Part shown: positions 9,778-19,900 of the stretch, piece after piece
How positions within the stretch are numbered: position 1 is the stretch's first letter
Layout of the letters: the number at the start of each line of letters is the position of its first letter
NCBI GenBank assembly: GCA_036504235.1
Contig: DASXVN010000046.1
Span: 138,812 to 202,811, forward strand
Length of the DNA stretch: 64,000 nucleotides
Source of the DNA: Armatimonadota bacterium
GTDB taxonomy: Bacteria > Armatimonadota > Zipacnadia > Zipacnadales > Zipacnadaceae
Direction of reading: 5' to 3'
Notes under the pieces: generated by a model
Told to the model about the DNA's origin: nothing
The model's database searches: none
What the model saw: only the letters and a program-made list of their open reading frames with translations
Program-made: the position numbers and the translations under genes

Positions 9778-12282
9778 TCACAGCTTTTCGTAGGTGAAGA
9801 GCACGCTCCCGGGAGCCGTCGGGATCTGGACCGCCCAGCGCTGGGCGAGTTCCGCGCCGGTGAGGGTCTGGGTCGTGTGATCGTCCCGATTGGTGAGGCG
9901 ATACTTCGCGGTGGCTTCCAGGCCATGTAACTGGAGATCGACGCCGGCGTAGGGCGATCCCTCGCGTCGGAAGCACATGATGAAGCCCTGCCCCAGGTCG
10001 TGGCGGTGGTATTGCCAGGCGCACCAGTGCCGGGGATCGGCGCTGATCTCCAGCAGGGGGTAATAATCCCCCAGGTAATACGGGCGCAGGGCTTTGGCCT
10101 CCGCGATCATAGAGCGCGTGGCGGCCATCGCGGCTTGGTCCTGGAGGAAGAGACCCGAGCAGAGGCTGCCGCCGGTGGTCATGACGCTGCGGAACTGGTA
10201 CGGATCGGCGCTCCACACGCCCGCCGCGTGCAGCGGTACATAGAGGCTCAGGCCGGCGTTCTGCACCTGGTCCTGCTCCGGCATCGCTTTGCCGCAGCAC
10301 TGGGTATCGCTCTGCCAGAGCGGGAAGCTGCGCGTCATCGTTTCCAGGTCGAGGCGTCGCCCGCCGCTGGCGCAGTTGTCAATGAGCAGACCGGGGTGTC
10401 GCTGACGCAGCTCGTCCCACATCGTGTAGAGCCCCTCGATATAGCGGATCTCCGCCATCCCCTGGCGATCCGGCGCATCGTCGGCCTGCCAGAAACGCAG
10501 CGGGTCGATATTGAAGTCGTTGCGGTAGATATCAATGCCCCAGTCCGTGATGCACTGCGAAAGGTAATCAGTGAGCCAGGCACGCGCGGCCGGATCGCCC
10601 AGTTTGTAGAGCGCCCCCCAGTCACCGTCCGCGGCGGTGTGCATCACCCACTCCGGGTGCTCCTTCGCTACCCGGCTGTTGGCGGTTACGCGCTCGGGCT
10701 CAAACCAGAGCACGAACTTCATTTTGAGCTGGTGCGCCGCCTCGCCCAGGGGTTTTAGCCCGTGGGGGAAGGCCGCCGCTTTTGGCACCCAACTGCCGGC
10801 GCCCGCCGGCCAGCCGCCCTCAAACCACCCGGCATCCAGCCAGTAGCCCTCGACGCCCAGGCCCGCCATGGGGGAGAGGAGTTCCGTCTGGTTGCGTTCG
10901 GTAGCAGCATTGCCTTGGTCGAACATGAACCAGGTATTCATGGTGACGGGCGGCAGCGCCGGCTCGCCGTTCTCGCGCGGCACGTAGTGGGCCAGCAGCA
11001 CCTGACGCAGCAGATTGTGGCCGAGCATCCGGTCGTCGCCCTGCCAGGAGACCACCAGAATGCGCGGCGTGCGAAGGCTCTCGCCGGGATGCAGCTTCAG
11101 GTGGGTGGTTTGCTGGCCGGCTTGCAGGGTGAGTTGCTGCTCGCCGTTGCGCTGCAGCGTCAGGGCCCACTGCCCCGACCAGCCGATAGCCCCCGCCAAG
11201 CCCCCGCCGTTCCACTCCAGGTTGTAGAAGGGCAGGGCGCCATCCGAGGAGCGGCCGCCGTTCGGCGCCAGTTCCAGGCGGCTGCTCGGCTTCACCACTT
11301 CATCCCGGGGGAGGAAGTCGGTGGCCGAGCAAGTGCTGCCGTTCGCGTGGTGCAGCGTAATCTCGCCTTCCGGCGCGGCGATGCCCATATCCAAGGGGAG
11401 AATCCGCTCGAGGATCGGGGTGTCCACCGGGCCGGTGTTGGTGAAGTAGAGCACCCACTCGGCGGCGGGGAAGTCGGTGAAACGCGTGACTTCCGCGCGG
11501 ACTTCCAGCCCGCTCGCGGGATCGGTGTAGGTCAGGGTGTGCCCTTCCCGCCCCGGGGCCGCTGCCGCTGGTTGCAGCGTCCGCCGCCAGCCGGGCAGCA
11601 GCTCGCGGGAAGGCTTCCCCCCATACGTGAACGAGAAGGGAAGGCTCTGCTGCAGGCCGGTCCCCTCGTGGATGATCGGGAGTTCATCGAGAAACAGCTC
11701 GGTTCCATTATTGAGCACAACTCTCGCCTCCGTCCAGTCAGATTGATCCCAGCCGGGACCGTCGCCGCCGTCCGCGACGCGCAGGACCAGGGTCGGCGCC
11801 TCCTGCAGATCGAGCTTGACGGCCACCGGCGCCTCTCCTCCCCGGCAGAGGCCGGAGCGGTAGAGCTCTTTCCCGTTCGCCTCCACCGTGAAGACCGCGC
11901 TGCCGCGCCGCCCCTGGGTGTCGTAGTTGTTGTCGATGCCGACAAACGCGGAGAACTCCCGCGCCGGCCGCGGCAATTGCACCACGATCTCGCTGACCGC
12001 ATGAGTGCCCAGCCCGCGAGCGTACTTGGTCTCCCCGATCTGCAAGGGGGTGTCCATGACCGACTTGTTGCGCTGCAGCGTGGCATAGTCCTGCCGCCGC
12101 ACCAGCAGGCCCGGTTGCACCCGCGGCGTCGGCATCTGCCCCAGCCAGGCCGCCTCGTACCAACCGCGGAACTGCGCTGCGGCGTCCGCTTCCCCCGCAT
12201 GCCCAGCGGTGGCCGGATACGCCGCGCCACAGAAAAGCAGCAAACACGCCGTCGAGATGATGCGCACCGGTCTGTTCCTCAT
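9778..12282 (-). CDS. alpha-galactosidase (GH36, melibiase-like) with an N-terminal NPCBM/NEW2 carbohydrate-binding module
   Basis: ATG 12282 is preceded by GGAGGT. NPCBM-like N-terminus 'KYARGLGTHAVSEIVVQL...DGGDGPGWDQSDWTEARV'. GH36 motifs 'YWLDAGWFEGGW', 'DWGIDIYRNDFN' and 'IDNCASGGRRLD'. Signal peptide present. Confidence 0.85.
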   Translation of the reverse strand: MRNRPVRIISTACLLLFCGAAYPATAGHAGEADAAAQFRGWYEAAWLGQMPTPRVQPGLLVRRQDYATLQRNKSVMDTPLQIGETKYARGLGTHAVSEIVVQLPRPAREFSAFVGIDNNYDTQGRRGSAVFTVEANGKELYRSGLCRGGEAPVAVKLDLQEAPTLVLRVADGGDGPGWDQSDWTEARVVLNNGTELFLDELPIIHEGTGLQQSLPFSFTYGGKPSRELLPGWRRTLQPAAAAPGREGHTLTYTDPASGLEVRAEVTRFTDFPAAEWVLYFTNTGPVDTPILERILPLDMGIAAPEGEITLHHANGSTCSATDFLPRDEVVKPSSRLELAPNGGRSSDGALPFYNLEWNGGGLAGAIGWSGQWALTLQRNGEQQLTLQAGQQTTHLKLHPGESLRTPRILVVSWQGDDRMLGHNLLRQVLLAHYVPRENGEPALPPVTMNTWFMFDQGNAATERNQTELLSPMAGLGVEGYWLDAGWFEGGWPAGAGSWVPKAAAFPHGLKPLGEAAHQLKMKFVLWFEPERVTANSRVAKEHPEWVMHTAADGDWGALYKLGDPAARAWLTDYLSQCITDWGIDIYRNDFNIDPLRFWQADDAPDRQGMAEIRYIEGLYTMWDELRQRHPGLLIDNCASGGRRLDLETMTRSFPLWQSDTQCCGKAMPEQDQVQNAGLSLYVPLHAAGVWSADPYQFRSVMTTGGSLCSGLFLQDQAAMAATRSMIAEAKALRPYYLGDYYPLLEISADPRHWCAWQYHRHDLGQGFIMCFRREGSPYAGVDLQLHGLEATAKYRLTNRDDHTTQTLTGAELAQRWAVQIPTAPGSVLFTYEKL

Positions 12283-12307
12283 TCGTTACCTCCAGGGCCG
12301 GAGCCTT

Positions 12308-15300
12308 TCACCGCCGGGTCACCCGTTGCAGGGTGATGCCTTTGATGCCCAGGGAACCGGGCGTCCAGGTGCGGGCCGCGGAGGTCGGCAGCAGCGTCAG
12401 GGTGTTCGGCTGCCCGAATTTTACCCAGGGGGTGATGTCCATGTAGGTCACCGCCGGGTACCAGGACACCGGGCAGAACACCACTTTGGAGTTGAGGACG
12501 AAGCTGTTGTAGTCTGCCAGATTCTCCGGCTCGAGGTTGATAAAGACGCGCGACCCCCGCCAGGCCGCGGGAACGACCAGGTCGCGCTTGACGGCGAACA
12601 GGCCGGTGAACTTGCCGGGCAGCGTTACCGGAGTCAGCCCGCTGTCCTCGTTCGCCTGCACCTGCCACTCGCCGGTCACCTCCAGGGTGGCGTCCGGGTG
12701 CGGCCGGCGCACCAGCTTGATATCGCCGACGAAGCCGGTGGGCGGGGTGCTGAAGACGAGCAGGTTGTCTCCGCCAAAGGCCAGCAGCGAGCTTACGTCC
12801 ACCGCTAGCTCTTTGGCGCTGCCCGTGGTGACCCCTCCGACGAAGGTGCCGTTCAGCGCCGCTTGTACGCGCAGGGGCTCGCGCCAGTAGTGCGAGAAGA
12901 CCAACTGATAGCTGTCCCCGGCCTGCCAGGAGGGGGGTAGCGTCACCGGGAGGCGGTACAGCAGGCGCTGGGTGTCGTCGAGCTTCATCTTGAGGAAGTC
13001 GGGCCGCACGAAGCCCGGCAGCGGCTGGAACCCGGCAGCGGAGGCGTCGGCCCGCGAGAGCGTGGCCACCCCGGCCTGCGTCTCCTCGGCGGCCGTGACG
13101 ACCTTGATCTGCGCGCCCGTGCGGATCTCCACCTCATCGATCGGGAGGTCGGGCCGGTCCAGCAGGGCGCCCGGGGCCGAGGCTTTCCACCATTCCGTCA
13201 GGTGCGTATACCAGTCGCGGACGGCCTCCTGGGGAGGGCGGGCGTTCTGCGTCGCCACGATGCGCGTCTCATAGGGGGCCAACGCCACGTTCTCCAGGTG
13301 TACGGTGGCGCCGGTCACCGTGCCGGTGAGGGTTGCTCCATCTTTGGGGTCAAACAGCGCCGTCGCCGGGTGATTGGTCTTCCAGTCCAGCGTCAAGGTT
13401 TGCGGGGTATCGGTCGGGTTCCACAGGGTCAGGTATTCCTCGGTTCCGTTGTTGGCCAGGTAGTGCTCGCGCCAGACCGCGTGGGTGTTGGCCGCCGCCA
13501 GCGGGGTGAGGCCGAGGTTGGCGTAGAGGTCCTCCAGGAAGGCGCACTGGCCCTCGCCCGGCCACCAGAGGCCGGACTTGTCAAACGAATCGCGCCAGAA
13601 GGGACTGCCCAGCACGATCACCCGGCCCTGGCCGAGCCGGCGCAGGCCGATGGCGATGGCGCCGTCGCTGTACCGAGCGATCGCCTGCGTGCCCGGGGCC
13701 ACGGCCTCCAGGCTGAGGCACTTGTCGGCGAAGTTGTAGTCGGAGTAGTCAACGGACTTGCCCCGATTGTAGAAGGTCTTGCCGGCCAGCTTCGTGAAGA
13801 GCGGCTGGTCCCGCAAGATGGTGACCGCCCCTTCCATCGGCCGGACGGCGGCCACGCGGAAGCCGGTCAGAGCACTGATCGGCCAGGCATCGCGCTGGGT
13901 GTAGGTATGCCGGCCGGTCTCCTGCAGGGCCACGAAGGTCCCCCCGGCCTCCACGTAGGCCGCAATCCGTTGCACCGTCTCCGGGGACATGACCCAGGTG
14001 CCGCAGTCCCAGAGCACCGGGTAGTCCTTCGCCAGGCCGTCTTCCAGGCTCAGTTCATCGAGATAAGCGTAGGAATAGCCGAGGGACTGCAGGTCCCCGC
14101 GCCCCAGGTCGAAGATCATGGGAATGCCGCGGGGCAGCAGCTTGTCGTTCTGCGAGGACCAGAACAAGCCGATATCGGGCTGCTTGATCTCGCGGCGACC
14201 CGCCAGCTTGAGGTAGGGCATGTACTCGACCCAGAGGTCTTTGGCGGGGCTGTACATCATGGACTGGATATTGTGGAAGTTGTCGAACGCGTTGAGCCCC
14301 TCGAAGGTGAAGAAGCCGATCCAGCGGCGCAGGGCGACCGGATCGTTGATACTGCCGCCGAACTCCGCTGAAGCCTCCACCCGGCGGGGGTAGCCCAGGC
14401 GCCGATCCCAGGCGCGCAGGAAGCTGCCCTCGCCGGTATTGTGTCCGTACGCGCCGTATTTCTCCTGCAGGCGCATGAACAAGTCTTTGTCGTAGGCCGC
14501 ATGGATCTTGATCGGGCGGTTGGGGTCGACGGCGCGGATCGCCTGACAGCTCTTCTCCACCTGATCGGCCATGCACCAGGAGACGTACTCCTGCCAATCG
14601 ACGAAGCGCGCATTGCGCCGCGAGTCGGAGAAGGGGTACTTCTCCAGAGGCTGGGTCGCCAGAAAGAAGATGCCCGCCATCCCCTGAGCGACATTGGCCG
14701 GCAGATAGGCCAGCGTGTTGCTCCCGGGGCGCAGGACGTCGGTGACGTCCACCTGGCCGGAGACGGGGAGGCCGGAGGCGTTGAACAGCGAGGCCAGCTC
14801 CTGTCCATTGACCCACAGGCGGTCCGGATTGGGCCAGCTCCGGGAGATCGACAGCGAGATGACGTTGAGGAAGACGCGCCCGTGAGCCTTGCGCTCCGCC
14901 AGCCAGGGGGAGGAAATCGTCAGCGTGCCGCGGTACCAGGTCGGCCGGCCCGCGCGCCAGAACATGTCGAGCTGCTCGCCGCCGGGCATGGCGAAGCTCG
15001 GCCAGTTCGCGTCGGCGCAACGGTCGGCCTGATAGCCGTTCTTCAGCCCGTCCTCCAGGGAGGCGGTATGCACGCGCCAGGTAGGGTCCGCCCGGACGCT
15101 GTCCGGCTGCCAGCCGTAAAAGTCGTACCCCATAGGGATGGGTACCTGATCCCAGGCGCGGAACTTCCCGCGATTGCCGTACCAAGCCTGCCCGAGATCG
15201 GCCAGGGTGTAGTGACGCTGCTCCTGCAGCCACCGGGCGAAGTGGCTGCGGTTGGTCTCCGAAAAATCCCAGTAGTAGTAGTCGGCGAAGGGCCCAATCT

Positions 15301-16156
15301 CGCCGTGGGGCTCCAGCCAGTCTACTAGATTCGGATCGTCCACGAGTTCCTTGACGGTCTGCTGGAAGGTCCAATCGCGATAGGCCAGCAGCTTCTCGCC
15401 GCCGAAGCTGACGCCCCCGTAGTAGTTGGGCGCCGAGGAGAACTGCGGGCCCGACTGGACCAGGTCCTCGGGCGCGAGGCGGGCCAGTGACTGGCTCCAC
15501 TCGTGCCACTGGGCAAAATGATAGGGGCGGTCGTACTCGTGAATCTTCGGCAGCAGGTTGCGGAGCTGGTAGCCACCGGCGGCCGGCTGCACGGTCAGGT
15601 CCAGGGATCGGGCGTAGGCGAAATGGTCATCGACGGTATTGGGCTTGCCCTTGCTGAGGTCATCGTCCCAGCCGTAGGGGTACCAACTGCCGATGCCGTA
15701 GTGCGAGAACTTGTCCAGGTACTTCGGGTAGCGGTACTGCGGGTCGAGGAACCGGGCACCGGCCAGCAGGGGCACGGCCCCAGCGAAGGCCTCCGCCAGA
15801 TTCTCGGTGCGAGGGCTGGTGATCGCCAGGACGGTGCGATCGCGCGCCGCCAGGAGGAAGCTGCCGAGCCCTGGTCGCACCAGGATCGGCACACTCTTCC
15901 CGCCGAGCTCGACGGTGGGCAAGGAGACCGCCACGGTGGCGGTCTGGGCCAGGTCGCGGCCCAGCTTGTGCAGGAGCAACGTCGCGTGCTCGGGGCTGTC
16001 GCAGGCAAACTGCAACCCGGCCAACCCCTCCGGCGCCGGCAGGTCCGTGCAGCTAACCTCCCCGTAACCGCGCAAGGCGGTCGCCGATCCCGGCGCGGGG
16101 AGGAGGGCTAGTCCGACTAGCAGGCTCAGGCAGGTGCACAGGACTCGAAGTCTCAT
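12308..16156 (-). CDS. giant secreted GH42-like glycoside-hydrolase-like protein with a GATase1-like module; paralog of 5802..9722
   Basis: ATG 16156 is preceded by AGGAGA, and the signal peptide is 'MRLRVLCTCLSLLVGLALLPAPGSATA'. 'FARWLQEQRHYTLADLGQAWYG' is GH42-like. 'IAAYVEAGGTFVALQETGRH' matches the trimerisation-like module. Confidence 0.75.
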   Translation of the reverse strand: MRLRVLCTCLSLLVGLALLPAPGSATALRGYGEVSCTDLPAPEGLAGLQFACDSPEHATLLLHKLGRDLAQTATVAVSLPTVELGGKSVPILVRPGLGSFLLAARDRTVLAITSPRTENLAEAFAGAVPLLAGARFLDPQYRYPKYLDKFSHYGIGSWYPYGWDDDLSKGKPNTVDDHFAYARSLDLTVQPAAGGYQLRNLLPKIHEYDRPYHFAQWHEWSQSLARLAPEDLVQSGPQFSSAPNYYGGVSFGGEKLLAYRDWTFQQTVKELVDDPNLVDWLEPHGEIGPFADYYYWDFSETNRSHFARWLQEQRHYTLADLGQAWYGNRGKFRAWDQVPIPMGYDFYGWQPDSVRADPTWRVHTASLEDGLKNGYQADRCADANWPSFAMPGGEQLDMFWRAGRPTWYRGTLTISSPWLAERKAHGRVFLNVISLSISRSWPNPDRLWVNGQELASLFNASGLPVSGQVDVTDVLRPGSNTLAYLPANVAQGMAGIFFLATQPLEKYPFSDSRRNARFVDWQEYVSWCMADQVEKSCQAIRAVDPNRPIKIHAAYDKDLFMRLQEKYGAYGHNTGEGSFLRAWDRRLGYPRRVEASAEFGGSINDPVALRRWIGFFTFEGLNAFDNFHNIQSMMYSPAKDLWVEYMPYLKLAGRREIKQPDIGLFWSSQNDKLLPRGIPMIFDLGRGDLQSLGYSYAYLDELSLEDGLAKDYPVLWDCGTWVMSPETVQRIAAYVEAGGTFVALQETGRHTYTQRDAWPISALTGFRVAAVRPMEGAVTILRDQPLFTKLAGKTFYNRGKSVDYSDYNFADKCLSLEAVAPGTQAIARYSDGAIAIGLRRLGQGRVIVLGSPFWRDSFDKSGLWWPGEGQCAFLEDLYANLGLTPLAAANTHAVWREHYLANNGTEEYLTLWNPTDTPQTLTLDWKTNHPATALFDPKDGATLTGTVTGATVHLENVALAPYETRIVATQNARPPQEAVRDWYTHLTEWWKASAPGALLDRPDLPIDEVEIRTGAQIKVVTAAEETQAGVATLSRADASAAGFQPLPGFVRPDFLKMKLDDTQRLLYRLPVTLPPSWQAGDSYQLVFSHYWREPLRVQAALNGTFVGGVTTGSAKELAVDVSSLLAFGGDNLLVFSTPPTGFVGDIKLVRRPHPDATLEVTGEWQVQANEDSGLTPVTLPGKFTGLFAVKRDLVVPAAWRGSRVFINLEPENLADYNSFVLNSKVVFCPVSWYPAVTYMDITPWVKFGQPNTLTLLPTSAARTWTPGSLGIKGITLQRVTRR

Positions 16157-16214
16157 GGCAGTGTCTCCTATCTTGGTGATCTAGCTGTCGGCAAACGGAC
16201 GGCTTTTGGGCAGG

Positions 16215-16958
16215 CTACTGAGCCTCCAGCAGCACCAGCTTGATATTGTCGAAGGCGATGCGGCCCGGCCAGGCGTGGCCCCCCGGCAAGAGGGCGTCAA
16301 GGACCAGCGAGGAGAACACGGTCGCCCGGGGCTGCGTCCAGGGCACGGTGATCGCCGCGTCGGCTCTGCCGTCGACCGTGAGGGTGACGGTCTTGGCGGA
16401 TACGTCGATGAGGGCGTCCAGATGCACCGGGGTGTTGGCCTGGTAGCGTCCCACCTCCGCGGTGCCGACTTTGATCGAGCCATCTTCGTAGAACTCGATC
16501 CCGGCCGCGTCCCACAGGTGAACCCCGCCCATGATGGTCACCGAACCCATCGCCACGTCCAGCGAGAGCTGCAGGCGCTTGCACTCTTTGGCGACGGTGT
16601 AGGGCAGGGAGATCCACATGCGGGGGCCGTAGTGCGGCTGGGCGTTCTCCGTGGCGACGAACAGTACCGGCTGATCGGTCAGGCCCAGCGCCTCCTTCTC
16701 CACGGTCGCCGTCCGCGTGCGGGTGACGTACTCCAGGGCCGAGTAGGTGCGCAGGGGCAGCTTCGCCCAGTCGTCGGTCCCGGCCGCCTCGATCTGCGCC
16801 TTGGTAAGGGGCTGCGGCCCCCGGCCGACGGGGTCGGCGTTGAAGTTGACGTCCCACAGCACGAGCGGCAATTGCACGCCCGCGGGCACCGCGGCACTCG
16901 CCGCGACCGTTACCAGCAGCAGCGCCAGGCCCAGCGTCAGGGCTCGCGTCAGGCTCAT
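16215..16958 (-). CDS. secreted hypothetical protein (247 aa)
   Basis: ATG 16958 is preceded by GGAGGTGG and overlaps the upstream stop as ATGA at 16955-16958. Signal peptide 'MSLTRALTLGLALLLVTVAASAAV'. No recognisable domain. Confidence 0.6.
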   Translation of the reverse strand: MSLTRALTLGLALLLVTVAASAAVPAGVQLPLVLWDVNFNADPVGRGPQPLTKAQIEAAGTDDWAKLPLRTYSALEYVTRTRTATVEKEALGLTDQPVLFVATENAQPHYGPRMWISLPYTVAKECKRLQLSLDVAMGSVTIMGGVHLWDAAGIEFYEDGSIKVGTAEVGRYQANTPVHLDALIDVSAKTVTLTVDGRADAAITVPWTQPRATVFSSLVLDALLPGGHAWPGRIAFDNIKLVLLEAQ

Positions 16959-19900
16959 TTGTCCACCTCCAGCTCGCCCCACAGCGCCGGGGTTAGGGCA
17001 GCCTCCGTGGGGACGTCGCTGACTACCTGGGTCTGCTGGTTGAAGCGATATAGCCGGGCCACTCGGCGGCCGGTGGCGTCCGCGACGATGATGCCGGCAT
17101 CGCCCTGCAAGACGCGGCCGGGCCAGAAGAGGCTCGTGGTCAGCGCCTTCACCGGGATGGTTGCCTCGACGACGTAGCCCTCCGCGGTGTCCACAATCGC
17201 CACCTGGGCGTCGCGGAGTCTGGTCACCTCGTCGAAGGTCACGGTGCGAGCCGGGGAGCTGAAGCTCACCGGCTGCGGGGCGAAGGGGACCTGGGCGCGA
17301 TAGAGCATCGCGACGGGCTGGTCGCCCAGCTTGCTGAAGAGCAGACGGGTATCGCCGATCACCGGCGCGGTGCGCTGCGGATCGGCTACCGGGTCAAGGG
17401 CGAACTGCAGGTCGGCGGCATCGCCGGTGAGGAAGAGCTGGGTCGGGTCCTGCCCGGTGTTCAGGAAGGGACGACCCTTAAAGACCTTGAAGGCTACGCA
17501 CAGGAGGTTGTCCTGAAGGGACAGGGCCACCTCCGCGCGGGGCTGGCCCGGCCGGGGGCCGATGCTCGCCGCGGTGCTCCAGTCCCACTCGTCCAGCTTG
17601 CCGTCGGGGGTCACCGGAGGAGTGGCGTTGCGCCGGGTGAGGCGGATCGGCGCGGTCTGGGTCTGCGCCTCCTGGGCGGCCTGCAGACGGGCGGCGGCCA
17701 GCGTAGCCTGCGCGGGAGTGAGCGTAATCGCGCCCGCGAAGCGCTGCACGGTATCCAGGCCGGTCACCTGCAGGAAGTGGTGGGCGTTCTTGCCGTGGGC
17801 CAGGATGACGCGCCCGTCGTCGAGACGGTTGAGGTACTGAATCGTCTCGCCCCGGTACATGTCCGGCCCGGGGGCGCCGCCCTCCGCGGGGTCCCGCAGC
17901 ACGCGGCCAATATAGAGACCGTCCACGGTGAGGAAGGGCACATAGCAGCCATGCCACTGGGTCAGCCCGAAGACCTCCCCGGCCTCGCCACCCTTTACCG
18001 CCACCGGTCCGAGGAAGGCCTCGCCGGTGAGACTCCCCATGGGCCGATAGTCCACGGTGGTGCGGTACTGCCAGAGGGGGTGGCCGTCCGGCGCGTAGGC
18101 GGCCAGCACCGGCGGCTCCTTCTGCCAGCGCGAGGCCTCCCCGGGTGTCAGGCCCAGGGCCACTCCGGCGGGCGTTACCGTCATCGCTCGCATCGGCGTC
18201 GGCTTAGCCACCACCACGGTGGCCTGGTTGATATCGTAGCGCGGCGTGCCGTCGGTCGCCCACCCCTGCAGCGGGAAGCGGACGATCGCGTCGCCGCCGA
18301 GGATCACGTTGAAGTCCTTATCCACGCCGCCGGGGCCCCAGTAAGCGCCGAGCAGCGGGAAGTCGGGGGTTTGCTTGCGCCACTGCATCTCGTCGGCCTG
18401 CACCAGCCCGTCGCCGTTCAGGTCGGTCCAGATGTAGTTGTCGCCGCCGTGGCCGTCGAGCGCCGCGGGGTGGGGCTCATGCCGCCACAGCAGCTCTGAC
18501 TCTTTGAGCACCTGGGGGTTGTCGCGGCGATTGAAGACGCTCCCCACTGCGGCGCAGGGCCGCCAGGCGCCGTCCGGGAGCAACTGGCCGATCACCACGG
18601 CTTGATCCACCGAGGTCGCCAGGTAGCGGCGGTCGCCCGGCCCGTCCACGTACTTCGTAGCCGGGGCATTCGACGCCTGGGAGAGCCCGAGCCCGAAGTA
18701 GGCCTCTTTAGCTGTGCGGCGCCACATCGTCGCCAGCGGGCGATAGCCCTCCTTCGTCAGGTCAACCGCGTAGAGCATGCCAAAGGCGAGCGCGCGGGAG
18801 GGGTCATGGGGGTCAATCAGGCCGCCGGCCACTCCGCCATAGGGGGTGCCGCCGAGGAACTCCTTAAGGAATTTGCCGGTGCGCGCCTCCCAGACGCTGA
18901 CGCGCCGGGGGTAGTTGTCGTCTTCCGCCACCCACAGCTTGCCCTCCTGGTCAATCGCTAGCCCGCGGGGGAGCAGCATGCCGTTAGGATTGTAGGCGCC
19001 GACCCAGGGCCGGCCGCCAGGGAGGCCGACGGTTCGCGCGAGCTTGCCCGCCTCGAAGACCTTGACGCACTGCGCGGCGCCCCAGTCGGCCACATAGAGC
19101 GCGCCGTCCGCGGCCACGGCCAGCGCCACGGGGGCCTCCAGGCCGACCTTGACCACCGGCGTGTACGCCCCAGTGGCCAGGTCGACGCGCACCACGGAGG
19201 CGCCGCTCGCCGCGTACAACTCGCCCTGCGGACCCCAGGCCAGTCCCGCCGGAACCGGCAGCGGCCAGCGGGCCAGCGGGGCCATGTCGGCGCTGTTGTA
19301 GACGGCGATCACGTTCTCCACGCGCAGGCTGACGTAGAGCTTGCCGCCCCGCGCCGCCAGCCCGGCGAGATTGCCGCCCGCGCAGTGTCCGGAGAAGAAG
19401 TAGTCGTCATGCAACGCGTAGGTGTCCCAGGAGTAGTTCTTGCGCTGCCAGAGATGCCAGGTCCAGTTGACGGCTACCTGGGAGGTATCGTGCTTGGTGA
19501 TCTCCTGGTACGGCTTAGAGAGGGAGAAGCCGCGGCGTTGGCCGGTGGTGCGGTCCAGGCAGGAGATGACCGTGGTGAAGTAGGCCAGCCCCTTCTCGTC
19601 CTTCTGCGGCTGGCGGACCAGTTCATTGGCGAAATAGAGGAATTGCCCGTCGCTGGCCAGCAGACCCGTACCGCCTGCCGCGCCGGCCGCGGGAGTCTGG
19701 AAGAAGCCCCAGCGCTTCTTGCCGGTGAAATCACAGCCGATAAAGCCGTTGCCGTCCTCCGCCGAAGGCCAGCCCAGATAGACCCCCCAGTCGTCGGCGG
19801 CTACGGTTTGCGGAGGCCCATGATCGCCGCCCCACTCGCCGGTGCCGTCCTCATTCTGCCAGGGCGGCGTGCCCGGGTTGGCGAGCGTCATCAGGTACTT

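Noticed and set aside
10762-12336. 524-aa plus-strand ORF
   Set aside because: Antisense to the GH36 alpha-galactosidase, which has strong family motifs. Low-complexity Arg/Gly-rich product.
13202-15509. Long ORFs 13202..14371 (+), 14055..15509 (-, out of frame) and 14441..15328 (+)
   Set aside because: All overlap the 12308..16156 coding frame, which has a signal peptide, an SD and a paralog elsewhere in the window. They are GC-driven.
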